From: Octopus sinensis
Lineage: Eukaryota
Direction of reading: 5' to 3'
DNA length: 64,000 nucleotides
NCBI RefSeq assembly: GCF_006345805.1
Contig: NC_043021.1
Coordinates: 9,610,001 to 9,674,000 of the forward strand
The notes under the pieces are model-generated. The model did not search any database, was not told the DNA's origin, and was given only the letters and a program-made list of their open reading frames with translations. The translations under genes and the position numbers were made by a program. Below are positions 25,366 to 38,157 of the stretch, piece by piece; position 1 is the stretch's first letter, and every line of letters starts with the position of its first letter.

Positions 25366-26159
25366 TAACGAATGTGCGTGTGTGTGCATGTATGTGTGTG
25401 TACATGTGTATGCATGTATATGTGTACACACGTGTGTGTGTGTGTGCACACACATGCATGTGTTCCTTTTTCTACCACTGACATAATATATATCATTGCT
25501 CAAAGTTTTGTCCTGATTTCTTTCCTTGAAAGTCTTTTCCATTTTTTTCTTCTTTTTTTTTCTTTCTGCTGACATGACATTACCCTCCACCCTCCCTTCT
25601 TCTTCCCCCCCTCCTCTGCTTCTTCCATTCATTCTCTTGAGTCACTCTGTAATTGAGAGTACTGTTGGAAAGAGTACACTGGTGGGGTACTTGTCTGTTA
25701 ACAGGTTTACCTCCTCTTCCTTATTCCCTAATGGCACCACTTCGTTCTTCATTCTTCTCGTGTTGCACTTAATTTCTGCCGCCTCCGCCGCCTCGTCCCG
25801 GCCAGCCACCTACCCAGACATTTGTGAGATATTTCTTCAAATTTCACACTGCTGACCTCAAGAACGGGTTTGCATGGAGCAGGAGTAAGCAAGTTAGGCG
25901 GAATCAGGAGGGACTTGGATGACTAAATAGTTTTAAAAACTCTGTAATTTCCTGTGATAAATTTTTACCATCTCGTGTTTCCATAGATTTTTTTTACATT
26001 TTGTGAGGTCCCCACCCATGTTTCAAGTTAGGTATTTTTTTATACTTTCTTTTTTTTTTTTTTTGGAATACCAAGTGTGAGGGAGGGGAGACCCTCAAAT
26101 ATTTTTTTAAAAAGTATAACCTTATCCTGGAATGTTGGAAAACTGATTTTATATTCTTT

Positions 26160-26385
26160 TATTCTTTTTACTAGTTTCAGTCATTTGACTGCAGCCATGC
26201 TGGAGCACCACCTTTAGTCAAACAAATCGACGCCAGGTCTTATTCTTTGTAAGCCTAGTACTTATTCTGTCGGTCTTTTTTGCTGAACTGCTAAGTTATG
26301 GGGTGGACATAAACACCAACATCAGTTGTCAAACAATGGTGGGGGACAAACACACAGACACAAATATACAGACACACACACAGAC
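26160..26385 (-). mobile_element. SINE A, 3' part
   Basis: Similarity to the 6893 copy. Confidence 0.8.
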
Positions 26386-26760
26386 TCCAATCTAATCTGG
26401 CAGAGTTTCTACGGCCAGATGCCCTTCCTAATGCCAACCACTCCGAGAGTGTAGTGGGAGCTTTTACGTGCCACTGGCTTGAGGGCCAGTCAGGTGGTAC
26501 TGGCAATGGCCACGCTCAAACGGTGCTTTCTATGTGCCACCTGTACAGGAGCCAGTCCAGTGGCACTGGCAATGACCTCGCTCGTATGTTTTTTTCACGT
26601 GCCACCAGCACAAGTGCCAGTAAGGTGACGCATGTAACGATCATGCTTGAATGGTGTTTTTGATGTGCCACCGGCACAGAGGCCAGCTTGTTGCTCTGGC
26701 AACGATCACGCTCATATGGTACTCTTAGCGCTCCACTAGCACAGATGCCAGTCATCGAAT
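26385..26760 (-). mobile_element. Retroposon family C
   Basis: Similarity to the 12085 copy. Confidence 0.7.
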
Positions 26761-27946
26761 TTTCAAATTCTGCTGAGGTCTTCTTTGCCTTTCATCCTTT
26801 TGGGGTTGATAAATTAAGTACCCGTGAAACACTGGGATCAGTGTAATCAACTAGTCGCCTCCCTGCAAATTTGAGGCCTTATGTCTCCAGTAGAAAGAAT
26901 TGCTGTTGTTATTATTATTATGATTATTATTATTATTATTATTATTATTATCAAGGTAACAAGCTGGCAGGATCATTAGCACGCTTGATGAAATGCTTAG
27001 TGGTATTTTACCAGTCACTACGCTCTGAGTTCAAATTCCACTGAGGTCGACTTTGCCTTTCATCTTTTCAGGGTCAGTAAAATAAGTACCAGTTGAACAC
27101 TGGGGGTCAATGAAATCAGCTCATTCCCCCCCCCCCCGCAAACTGCTGCCCTTGTGGAAAACTTCGAAACCATTATTATTGTTTGTATTATTATTATTAT
27201 TATTTGTGCATTAATCAGATCAGATAAATCTAATCACAGAAAAGTAACATTTCAAATCAGTCTAAAAATATTTCTATGTTTATTCATTTTGGTGTGGAGG
27301 CGCGTGGCTTAGTGGTTAGGGTGTTGAACTCATGATCGTATGGTTGTGGTTTCGATTCCTAGACCAGGCAACGTGTTGTGTTCTTGAGCAAAACTCTTCA
27401 ATTTCACGTTGCTCCAGTCCACTCAGCTGGCAAAAGTGAGTAATCCTGCAACGGACCAGCATCCCGTCCAGGTGGGGAATTTCTAAGCCACTGAAACCAG
27501 GAAACCTGGCATGGCTCGAGAAGGAACTTTTTTTTTTATTCATTTTGGTGATGAAGTTTCTCAGCAGGATGTTGAAAGCATTTACATTGCACCCCCACCT
27601 CACTCCTTACACCCCATTCCTGAGTCTATATTTTGGTCATACACATGCGCGGTGACGTGCTGATTTTGTCTGGGGATTACTTTAAGGTAACCATGCATCT
27701 GTGAAGCACTCAGCCATTTACATGCTAATTCTATAAGTAGGTAGTTCAGTTGATTGAATAATTGGAATATTGATCATTGAAACCAATGGATGACTATTTA
27801 TTTTTTTTTTAGATGTGTAAAATTTTAAACTTTTTACATCAATTTTCTTCTGATTTAGGATTACTTTAAACACTAGTCCAGTAGATCTAATATTCCAAAC
27901 TGTTGCCCAATAGACCTGGTTCTGTAAACTAACCCTGTCGGCCTGA

Positions 27947-28672
27947 TATTTTAAGCATTATCACAATATACACAGTATTTTAAGCATTATCACAATACAC
28001 CCAGTATTTTAAGCATTATCACAATATACCCAGTATTTTGGGATGGAAGCACTCCGTCGGTTCCGACGACAAGGGTTCCGGTTGATCCGAATCAACGGAA
28101 CAGCCTGTTCGTGAAATTAACGTGTAAGTGGCTGAGCACTCCACAGACACGTGCACCCTTAACGTAGTTCTCGGGGATATTCAGCGTGACACAGAGAGTG
28201 ACAAGGCCGGCCCTTTGAAATACAGGTACAACAGAAACAGGAAGTAAGAGTGAGAGAAAGTTGTGGTGAAAGAGTACAGCAGGGATCACCACCATCCCCT
28301 GCCGGAGCGTCGTGGAGCTTTTAGGTGTTTTCGCTCAATAAACACTCACAATGCCCGGTCTGGGAATCGAAACCGCGAGTCCGCTGCCCTAACCACTGGG
28401 CCATTGCGCCTCCACTCCCGGTATTTTAAGCATTATCACAATATACCCAGTATTCTAAACGTTTTTGCAATACACCCAGTATTTTAAACATCTTCACAAT
28501 ATACCCAGTATTTTTAGCATTATCACAATATGCCCAATATTTTAAGCATTATCACAATACACCCAGTATTTTAAGCATTCTCTCAATATACCTAGTACTT
28601 TAAATATCCCAATGTACCTAATATTTTAATGATTATCTCTATACACCTAGTATTTTAAACATGTCTAGAGGT
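27947..28672. repeat. 29-bp minisatellite interrupted by SINE D
   Basis: tattttaagcattatcacaatatacccag: 3 units before and about 9 decaying units after 28040-28415. Confidence 0.85.
28040..28415 (-). mobile_element. SINE family D (tggaggcgcaatggcccagtggttaggg tRNA-like head)
   Basis: A/B-box-like head; related copies at 6590-6800 (+) and 31310-31592 (-); related heads or tails at 27293-27510 and 49960-50282. Confidence 0.8.
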
Positions 28673-29197
28673 GCTAGCATTTTAAACCAGAGATTAACAG
28701 GATGAATGTTTTGAACAGCTTTGCCCCAACATATAATATAGTTTCTTGAAAAGTACAACAACAATTGTAAAAAAAGGAAAAGGAAAAAGAAGAAAGGAAA
28801 AAAAAAAGAACATTAGTTGATAGGAATGATGGCTTTAACACAATTCCTCTGCAGAATGCTTCTCTCCTCGCTTCAAACAGATTTGAAGATAGGTGAAAGA
28901 AAAGAGAGTATGGTGAACCAAAAATAACTCCTGTTCCTCCTCAGATGTTGTTCCTAGAAACGTGTAACTGGATCTAAAGGTGGAAGAAAAATCAATTTTC
29001 TTTCAACTGAATTCAAGAATTTGGCAGGAAATCTTTAAGGAAAAGAACAAAAACGAATAAATAAATGTGTAACCAAAAAAAAAGAAAAAAATATATATAT
29101 ATACAAGTGTAAAGCTAGAACTTAAAAGTCTGAATATTGGAACAATTAACTTGCTGGAATTAGATGTATCTTACTACATTACCTCAGGCTAATGATG

Positions 29198-29231
<34 letters not shown>

Positions 29232-29532
29232 GGGTTTTTTTCCTCTCTCTTCTTGATTCTTTTATCTGGGTTTTTCTTTCATCTGTTTTCTTATTCTCTT
29301 CTTTTGGTTAACAGTGTGTATGCTCACATGTATGTTTATGTGTGTGTGTGTATGTGGTTATGTATGTGTGTGTGTGTGTGTGTGTGTGCATTTATGATTC
29401 TGTATATGTGTGTGTTTGTGAGAGTGTGTATGTAAATATGTATGTGGCCTGTACCTCATTATCTTATTTCATTACACAGCTCTGCAGTTTTTCATGTTTG
29501 TAATATCTGAAGTAGAAAACTAATAATCATTA

Positions 29533-29580
29533 AGTGTGTGTGTGAGTATGTGTTGTACATGTGTGTGTGTGTGTGTGTGT

Positions 29581-29611
<31 letters not shown>

Positions 29612-29635
29612 TGTACATGTGTGGTGTGTGTGTTG

Positions 29636-29666
<31 letters not shown>

Positions 29667-30310
29667 TGTACATGTGTGTGTGTGTGTGTTGTACATGTGT
29701 GTGTGTGTGTGTGTGTGTTGTACATGTGTGTGTGTGTGTGTGTTTTACATGTGTGTGTGTGTGTGTGTGTGTTGTACATGTGTGTGTTACACATGCATTT
29801 GTGTGGGTGTGTGTGTGTGTGTGTTGTACTTGTATTTGTATGTATATGTGTGTATGTTGTACCTGTTCATGTGTGTGTGAGAGTTTGTGTGTGTTACACA
29901 TGCATTTGTATGTGTGATGTACTTGTATCTGTATGTATATGTGTGTATGTTGTACATGTGTTATACGTGTGTATGTGTGTTGTACGTGTGTCTGTGTGTG
30001 CATGTGTGTTGTACGTGTGTCTGTGTGTATGTGTGTGCATGTGTTGTATGTGTGTGTGTGTATGTGGGCATGTGTTGTACATGTGTGTGTGTGTGCATGT
30101 GATGTACGTGTGTGTGTGTGTGCATGTGTTGTACGTGTGTGTGTGTGTGCATGTGTTGTACGTGTGTATATGTCTGCATGTGTGTTGTGTGTGTGTGTAT
30201 CTGTGCATATGTGTTCTACATGTGTATGTGTGTTGTACGTGTTTGTGTGTGTCATGTACTGTATGTGTGTCGTGCTGTGTGTGTGTGTTGTATATGTGTC
30301 TGTGTGTGTG
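29533..30310. repeat. (TG)n array punctuated by ttgtaca/ttgtacg
   Basis: Direct reading. Confidence 0.95.
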
Positions 30311-30469
30311 TTGGCAGCAACAGCACTCAAGTAGTGTCTCAGAAACTCATTGAGAGCAAGTCATGAACTTGGAAGAGTGTTGATAATATCTCAATGTTGA
30401 GCCACTTTAAAACACTTAAAGGTTCCCTGGCATTAATGGTGTATCAGCAAAAATATTCAACATGATAGA

Positions 30470-30630
30470 TGCAGGTGTAGGTGGATGGTAGGAAGTTTGC
30501 TTCCCAACCACATGGTTCCAGGTTCAGTCCCACTGCATGGCACCTTGTGCAAGCACCATCTGCTATTGCCCTGGGCTCATCGAAGCCATACAAGTAGATT
30601 TGATAGATGGAAACTGAAAGAAGGCCAATA
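30470..30630 (+). mobile_element. SINE A, 5' part
   Basis: Similarity to the 6893 copy. Confidence 0.75.
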
Positions 30631-31271
30631 TATATATATATATATATAGGAGATAAATAAAAATATATGCATACATACAAACATATATGTACGTACCTAC
30701 ATCTACATGTATATATACATGCATATATAAATAATTATACGGAAGTACAGGACATCACAATAAGACGTAGAAACAGAAAAAGCCAAAAAACAAAAAACAA
30801 GAAAACGGAAAACGAAAACCAAATACGGACAGGTTACACAAGGACAAAACCCCCGTCATCAGCTGTCGCTAGAGGAGTCAGGCATGTTTCGAAGGCATAA
30901 CAGAACACTAATCCAATAGGCCTTCCTGCGAGAGAATTAAAATAAAATTTCAAGCAGCGGGGCACAATGAGTACGAACACAAACAAGACGTAACAATAAG
31001 ACTGCAAATTAAAATACATGTACAAAAACAAACACAAGAGGACGAACGAAAAAGCCTTTTTTCTGGCATAGACAAACAATAAAACTGCAAAAATAAAAAT
31101 ACATGTACAAAAAGTACAATTAGTTACAAACGAGAAATAACAAGAATACTATACAGGAAATTAACCACACAAGGGGACGAACGAAGAAGCCTTTTTGCTG
31201 GCAAGGACGAAATGTAGTAGCAGCGCGTGGAGGCAGTCTTTTCAATAGTGGTAACCACGTGTAAGGAATTT

Positions 31272-31308
<37 letters not shown>

Positions 31309-31309
31309 C

Positions 31310-31590
31310 GTCACTGACCAGGCTATCAGATGTTGCTACACATCGCTGGTCACAATGCGCTTTGCATTGTTTTAGCCCCCAAATGACGCCACCCCACTGG
31401 CTAAACGAGCGGGCCAACAGAGGAAAGAGTGAGAGAGAGTTGTGGCGAAAGAATACAGCAGGGATCGCCACCACCCCCTGCCGGAGCCTCGTGGAGCTTT
31501 AGGTGTTTTCGCTCAATAAACACTCACAACACCCCGTCTGGGAATCGAAACCGCGAGTCTGCTGCCCTAACCACTGGGCCATTGCGCCTC

Positions 31591-31592
<2 letters not shown>
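31310..31592 (-). mobile_element. SINE family D
   Basis: 5' region near-identical to the 28040 copy. Confidence 0.75.
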
Positions 31593-31636
<44 letters not shown>

Positions 31637-31699
31637 ATATAATATATATATATATATTATATATATAATCAAAATAAGCAACAAGGATATCCGGAGGTA

Positions 31700-31789
31700 A
31701 TGCAGTACGATTGTTTCAGGCGACTCCATTTAATTGAACAATGCAAATATTACATCAGTTTTAAAATGTAGAGCAATCTTCAGCTGCAT
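31700..31789 (-). ncRNA. Degenerate type-I hammerhead motif with long stem II
   Basis: Minus strand: atgcag-CTGAAGA-(imperfect 59-nt stem II region)-GAAAC-AATC-GTA-ctgcat. Confidence 0.45.
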
Positions 31790-32029
31790 AAAAATACAGA
31801 ATTTAGTTAAATTCAAAGGATTCATTTGTATAGTTATTCTATTCACCAAAATCACAAAGAAGATAGGTAGATAGACAAAGGACATGTTTCATCAACAACA
31901 TCATAGTAGTAACTGATATTTTATCGGTTACTAGTTCATCTAGCCTTGAGAGGATACCTTGCATGATCTGCTTATCTACTGACAGAAGTTTCAGATCATC
32001 CATAAAGGCTTTTTTTGGTGATTGTATTT

Positions 32030-32440
32030 ACTCTCTTACTCTTTTATTCTTTTACTTGTTTCAGTCATTTGACTGCGTACATGCTGGAGCACCGCATTTA
32101 GTCGAGCAAATCGACCCCGGGACTTATTCTTTGTAAGCCCAGTACTTATTCTATCGGTCTCTTTTGCCGAACAGCTAAGTTACGGGGACGTAAACACACC
32201 AGCATTGGTTGTCAAGCAATGCTAGGGGTGACAAGCACAGACACACAAACATATATATAAATATACATATATACGACAGGCTTCTTTCAGTTTCCGTTTA
32301 CCACATCCACTCACAAGGCATTGGTCGGCCCGGGGCTATAGCAGAAGACACTTGCCCAAGATGCCACGCAGTGGGACTGAACCCGGAACCATGTGGTTGG
32401 TTAGCAAGCTACTTACCACACAGCCACTCCTGCGCCTATT
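32030..32440 (-). mobile_element. SINE A
   Basis: Similarity to the 6893 copy. Confidence 0.88.
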
Positions 32441-32975
32441 TGGGCCATTTGTTCCAAGAAGTTTGTCACTATCAAGATAATCTCCATGATTAGGGTAACT
32501 ATGTGACAGATATTGTGCAGCCAGCAGCAATGCCAATCTCCAAGCGGTGCCAATCTATTGTAAAGTCACCAGATGTAAATCTCGTCTCAAGACTGTCGTA
32601 AATATCTTCATTGATTTTGTTACTTTCTCAGGAATGTAGAAGTGGTCCATGGCTCTCGTCAGCAATTTGTGTGGCACTGTATTAGCTCATATCCAAAATT
32701 TTGTTCTGTTTGGCGTCCTGGATCACTTTCCAAACTGAAAAAACCAATGCTCAACACATCCAGGGATTCTGGCCTTTTGAACAGATTCATCCACATATCC
32801 ATTACCCTGTAGATATGTCACTGTTCTTCTTGAGAGAATGACCATAAAGATCTTGCCATTAACATTTAATAAGGCTGTCAGCCTAAACTGTTTTATAGTC
32901 TCTACATTGGCTTCCTTTGGCAAGTATATTCCTTCTGCCTTACACCAATCCTCTACTAGAGTCTCTTCGTTCCAC
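32440..32975 (-). mobile_element. R2-superfamily (HERO/R4-like) reverse-transcriptase fragment
   Basis: WCKAEGIYLPKEANVETIKQFRLTALLNVNGKIF...VQKARIPGCVEH...IQDAKQNK...RFTSGDFTIDWHRLEIGIAAGCTIS; multiple disablements. Confidence 0.75.
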
Positions 32976-32984
32976 AGATATCAG

Positions 32985-33265
32985 AACCGCTAAGTTATAG
33001 GGACATAAACACACCAGCATTGATTGTCACGTAACTGCAGAGGTGTGGAGGACAAACATGGACATACATAAATACATACATACATTATATATATATATAT
33101 CACAACAGGCTTCTTTCAGTTTCCATCTACCAAATCCACTCACATGGTTTTGGTCGGTCCGAGGCCATAATAGAAGACATTTGCCCAAAGTGCCACACAG
33201 TGTGACTGAACCCAGAACCATACAGTTGAGAAACAAGCTTCTTACCACATAGCCACGACTGCACC

Positions 33266-33270
<5 letters not shown>
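32985..33270 (-). mobile_element. SINE A, 5'/central part
   Basis: Similarity to the 6893 copy. Confidence 0.8.
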
Positions 33271-33307
<37 letters not shown>

Positions 33308-33308
<1 letters not shown>

Positions 33309-34569
33309 TGGGTCATCCCATAATGCGTTTTTTTTCCAATTGCATGAACTAAAAGTTGGAGGAGGATGGGGTGAACTACCTGCATCAGCTTGCTATAAAA
33401 GCAGGTAGTGATTTTACCTTGTGTTTATTCTTAGTGCAAGTTTTGAAGAGTGCAGTTCAAATTTCACAGTTATTTTTTCAAAGCTATAATGGAATTGAGA
33501 AAGGAGCATATTCAGCATATTTTGCTTTATGAATTCTATAAAGGCAACAATGCAACAGAAAATGTGTGGAATATTAATGCAGTATATGGGGATCAGACAA
33601 TAAGTATAAGCCAGTGTTGTTGTTCTAGAAATTCCAAACCGGAAACTGCAACCAAGAAGACGAGCCTCGTCCTGGAAGATCTGTAGAGTTCAACAAGGAT
33701 GTCCTGCAAACCTTGGTGGAACAAAATCCCATTGTAAATATTGAACAAGCAGAGAAGCTTGGATTTGGTCAGTCAACCATTCATTGACATCTGTGTATCA
33801 TTAAAAGAGTCAGCAAATTGGGTCAATAGGTTCCTCACAAACTTACCGAGTCTCATCATGTGCAGAGAGTGTATGTGTGCTCTTCTTTGCTGTCACATCT
33901 CACGAAGGAACCTTTTTTGGGACTGAATAGTGACTGGTGACAAGAAATGGGTTCTCTATAAAAATGTCAAGCACTGAAGACAGTAGGTAGGGAAAGGGGA
34001 AACATCGGTACTCCAGACTAAAGAAGGTCTTCACCCAGTAAGTTGTTGTCTGTTTGGTGAGATCTGAAAGGTTTAGTCCTCTTTGAACTTTTAAACCCAA
34101 ACCAAACAATAACAAAGGAGATCTACTGTGAGCAGCTTAAGTCAACACTAGAAGAAAAAATGACCATCTTTGGTTTCAAGACAAAAGGTGTTCTTCCATT
34201 ATGATAATGATCGGCCACATGCAGCAAGAATGACATTCCAAAGGCTGGAGCAGTTTGAATGGGAAACGATGCCCCACCCACCATATTCGCCAGACATTGC
34301 TTCATCTGATTGTTACTTATTCCGCAATCTTCAAAATCATTTGGACCAGAAAAAATATGAATTCTGTAGAGGAGGTCAGAACAGTACTGGAGGAGTGTTT
34401 TTCATCACAGACAAGTGAATTTTGGAAGTGGGTCCTTTGCAAGTCTACCAGATAGATGGAAGAGCATTGTAGAAAATGAAGGAGAGTATATTTTAGATTA
34501 AAAAAGAACTTTATCTTAATTTTTAAAAATAAAAGTAGTATTAAAAAAATTCACATTATTTATAGGATG

Positions 34570-34575
<6 letters not shown>
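33308..34575 (+). mobile_element. Full-length decayed mariner (DD34D-type) transposon
   Basis: About 1.27 kb; imperfect TIRs ttgggtcatcccataa / ttataggatgacccta; TA on both sides; transposase relics MELRKEHIQHILLYEF (33489), *VPHKL, IVTGDKKW, HYDNDRPH, HPPYSPDIASSDCYLF, RWKSIVENEGEYILD*; stops and frameshifts. Confidence 0.9.
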
Positions 34576-34613
<38 letters not shown>

Positions 34614-34878
34614 TATAAAGGGGTTTGTATGATTGTGTATAGAGGGACACAACCTGGGACCTTGAAGACTGCTTTAATGCAAGAAAGTATACTAGTCCCC
34701 TAATATTTTATATTCATTATTTCATCTATTCAATAAGACAATTAATACTTCATTTCATTTTACCATATATACTATTTATACTATATATTCTATATTAATA
34801 TTATAAAGAACATAAATTAATATTATAAAGAACATAAATAAAACATAAAAAACAGACAGAGTTGGAATTCCTTTGAAA

Positions 34879-34909
<31 letters not shown>

Positions 34910-35047
34910 TATAGTTCAAATTTACAGAAAAAAACAAAGACAGGTGTAGGAACAAGCAGGTGTATTAGTTTAATGATTGGTGGGGAAAAATGGAAAAGTC
35001 TTTTATATATATATATATATACACACACACAAACAGACACGCACACG

Positions 35048-35107
<60 letters not shown>

Positions 35108-35271
35108 TATATGTATATATAGTACTTTTATATTGCCAGCTTAGTATATATATATATATATATATATATATTTTTATTATTTTTTCTTTTTGTTACTTAA
35201 AAAAAACATGCAGGAAGGGGGGTGTCATGGCTGGAACACCACTGTATATCTATGTGTGTGTATATAAATAT

Positions 35272-35312
<41 letters not shown>

Positions 35313-36021
35313 CGTGCGCTTCTGAGTATGTGTCTGTCTTTGTGTACATAATGTGTTTGTATGTGTGTGTCTGTGTGTGTTAACATGAATTCCTCTGACA
35401 GCTGCATTAATCTGTCTCTTGTTGCTCCTGCCCTGCCCTCCCCTCCAGGGCATAACTAGTTCACCACCACCGCCACCACCATAGAATAAAACCCCTAAAT
35501 TTTTTTTACTCTCCTTCCTTCCTTTCCTTCTCTCCCACCCCTCTCACCTCTACCCCCCTCTCTCTCTCCCCTTCTATGACAGCCACTTTACAAGTGTTAT
35601 CTTGTAATAAATATAAAAACACTCAACCCTTACTCCAATTTTATCAAACCCAGCTACAGCCCCTTTCCTTTCCCCCTGTTGCTGTAAGATAGGTGGGGGG
35701 GTGCAGTAGTGGCGGTGGCTGTGATGGTGGTGCTAGTTATAATGGTGAGAGAATTACTTGGGTTGTTTTAGTAAGTACACATCACTACATCACTTTTTTT
35801 ATTCATGTAGTTTGTGTATTTCTGCCACAAATGTATACTAACATGTCACTCAGAGCCAAGGAGGGGAGGATATTAACCAGTGGTTCCCTTTGGTTCCTAT
35901 TTTATACTACAGGACCCCCAAAGACATTTTATGTTTTGAAAAAAATTTTTTTTCTGGTGGGGGTGTCATAATCAAACATTATTAGGAATTGTGTAAAAAA
36001 ATTGGTAAAATAGAGTGTGTG

Positions 36022-36675
36022 TGTGTGTGGTAAGAAGCTTGCTCCCCTACTACATGGTTCTGGGTTCAGCCCCACTATGTGCCACTTTGTGAGTGGATTT
36101 GGTAGATGGAAACTGAAAGAAGCCCTTGTGTGTGTTTCTTTGTGTCTGTATTTCCCCCCTCCCCACAGCTTGACTACCAGTGTTGGTATATTTACATTGC
36201 CATGACTTAGCAGTTTGACAAAAGAGATTGACAGAATAAGTACCAGGCTTGAAAAAAAAGTACCGAGGTTGATTCATTCGAATAAAATTTCTTCAAGGTA
36301 GTAGTGCCCCAGCATGGCCACAGTCTAATGGTTGAAACAAGTAAAAAATTAAAAATAGGTGTAGGAGTGGCTGTGTGGTAAGTAGCTTGCTTACGAACCA
36401 CAGGGTTCCAGGTTCAGTCCCACTGCGTGGCATCTTGAGCAAGTGTCTTCTACTATAGCCTCTACTATAGTGTCTTTGTGTTTGAGTTTGTCCTGCACTA
36501 CTTCTTGGCAACTGGTGCTGGTTTGATTACATCCCTGTAACTTGGCAGTTCAGCAAAAGCCAATAGAATAAGTACAAGGCCTTAAAAAATAAGTGCTGGA
36601 GTGATTTGAGTCAGCCAGTCAAGGTGGTGCCCAAGCATGGCCACAGTCCAAAGACTGAAATTAGTGAAATATAAA
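36022..36675 (+). mobile_element. Two consecutive SINE A copies (36022-36352, 36355-36675)
   Basis: Similarity to the 6893 copy; both internally deleted. Confidence 0.8.
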
Positions 36676-37005
36676 AGAAGGTATTTTGACAAGGAAATAA
36701 TTAAAACCTTCTAAAGCTTTGTTCTTGAAATTTTTTAGCATTTAAACTAGCCAGATTCAGCCTCTTACACCTACCCTACAATGTCATTCTAAAAACTGAA
36801 ATATAATCACATCATTGAAATTTTGAAGTTATGAGATAATGCAGGATTAATTCAAAACAATATGAATAAATAAAGATTATTAGGTTTTAGAGAATAATCT
36901 GAACGCTAAAGGAGCAATTTAGGTATACTTTTTGAAATAACAATTTCAATTTATTATTGTCACTCATTTTTTTTAATTGCTTTTTTTTTTTTTTTTCTAT
37001 TTCAG

Positions 37006-37104
37006 CCTGTGTCATTTAGAAATTTTGCTGTGAATTCAGGATTTGGATTTCTCTGTCCCTTGTCAACTGTTTATTTCTGAGTCACAGCTACATCTGTTCC
37101 AATA
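37006..37104 (+). other. LIX1L: 5'UTR part of the first coding exon, preceded by a splice acceptor
   Basis: Long T tract and ttcAG at 37004-37005 directly upstream; implies an upstream non-coding exon. Confidence 0.7.
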
Positions 37105-37366
37105 ATGGCTATGACATCACAGCACAGACCCGTTCCCAGGACCAATGCCCACATAAACCGATCAAATGTTCCACAGAGAGCCGGTGTAAAGATGGCAGGT
37201 AGCACAGGCGGAGCCTCTCAGTCCTCTGTGCCCCCTCTCGTCTATAGACAGGCTGCCCAGGCGAGCTATCAACGAATGACTGATCCAAAGAGCAAGCATG
37301 TCCTCAAAGAGGCAGTCGATGCAGTGGTGAACAGTTTTGCCAAGCACACACATGGTTACGGTAGAG
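37105..37366 (+). CDS. LIX1L: LIX1-like / lowfat family protein, coding exon 1
   Basis: ATG at 37105 (aataATGG) after an in-frame TGA at 37078; encodes MAMTSQ...VLKEAVDAVVNSFAKHTHGYGR; donor AG|GTAAGT at 37367, phase 1. Confidence 0.93.
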
Positions 37367-37542
37367 GTAAGTAAGTTTCCTTGATTTTAAACAGTTGTGA
37401 GTAAACTGCAGCCTACTAAAATTTTTTCTGGATGACACGCGAAAAATTAGTTTGAATTTTTTTAGTAATGCCTGACAATGATCCAAATCTCATGCAGCCT
37501 ACTTCTCACAAAACGATGCCTATACTTTGGTTTAGAAAATTG

Positions 37543-38157
37543 GGATCTTTACCTTTTGACCTACAGATTTAAAAAATAATTTTTTGTAACTAAACACTTT
37601 CAAACTTCGGACACTGGTAGAATGTGTCATATAAAACATGTTTTCCTCTTAGCATTTTTGAGAAAAACTTATATTTACAAAGTTATTTAACGTTAAAGTT
37701 GTCGTATTTCAGTAATTTCAACCAATCAATGACATGTATTCAGCTGAATAAAATTACTGCTGTTGTTTGTCAACAACTATCGGCGGTGTATATTTCGTTT
37801 GTCACTGTTATTTATGACAACACTAATCTTAAAACCCTAACCCTGAAACCTTAAAACCAGTACAAAAGCACAAATGATGTCATAAATAACAGTGACAAAT
37901 GAAAAATACCCCACCAATAGTTATTGTTGACAAATAACGGTAGTAATTTTATTCAACTGAATACATGTCATTGATTGGTTGAAATTATGGAAATACGAGA
38001 ACTTTAAGGTGAAATAACTTTGTAAATATAAGTTTTTCTCAAAAACTCTAAGAGTAAAAGATGTTTTATATGACACATTATATCAGTGTTTAAAGTTTGA
38101 AAGTGTTTAGTTACAAAAAATTAATTTTTAAATCTGTAGGTCAAAAGGTAAAGATCC
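37543..38157. mobile_element. Merlin-type foldback MITE, subfamily 3, in LIX1L intron
   Basis: Arms of about 277 bp (37543-37819 / 37878-38157); TSD gaaaattg at 37535-42 and 38158-65. Confidence 0.88.

Noticed and set aside
30850-30900. Permuted (type II-like) hammerhead: GAAAC...CTGATGA on the minus strand
   Set aside because: No valid UH cleavage triplet and no stem I pairing
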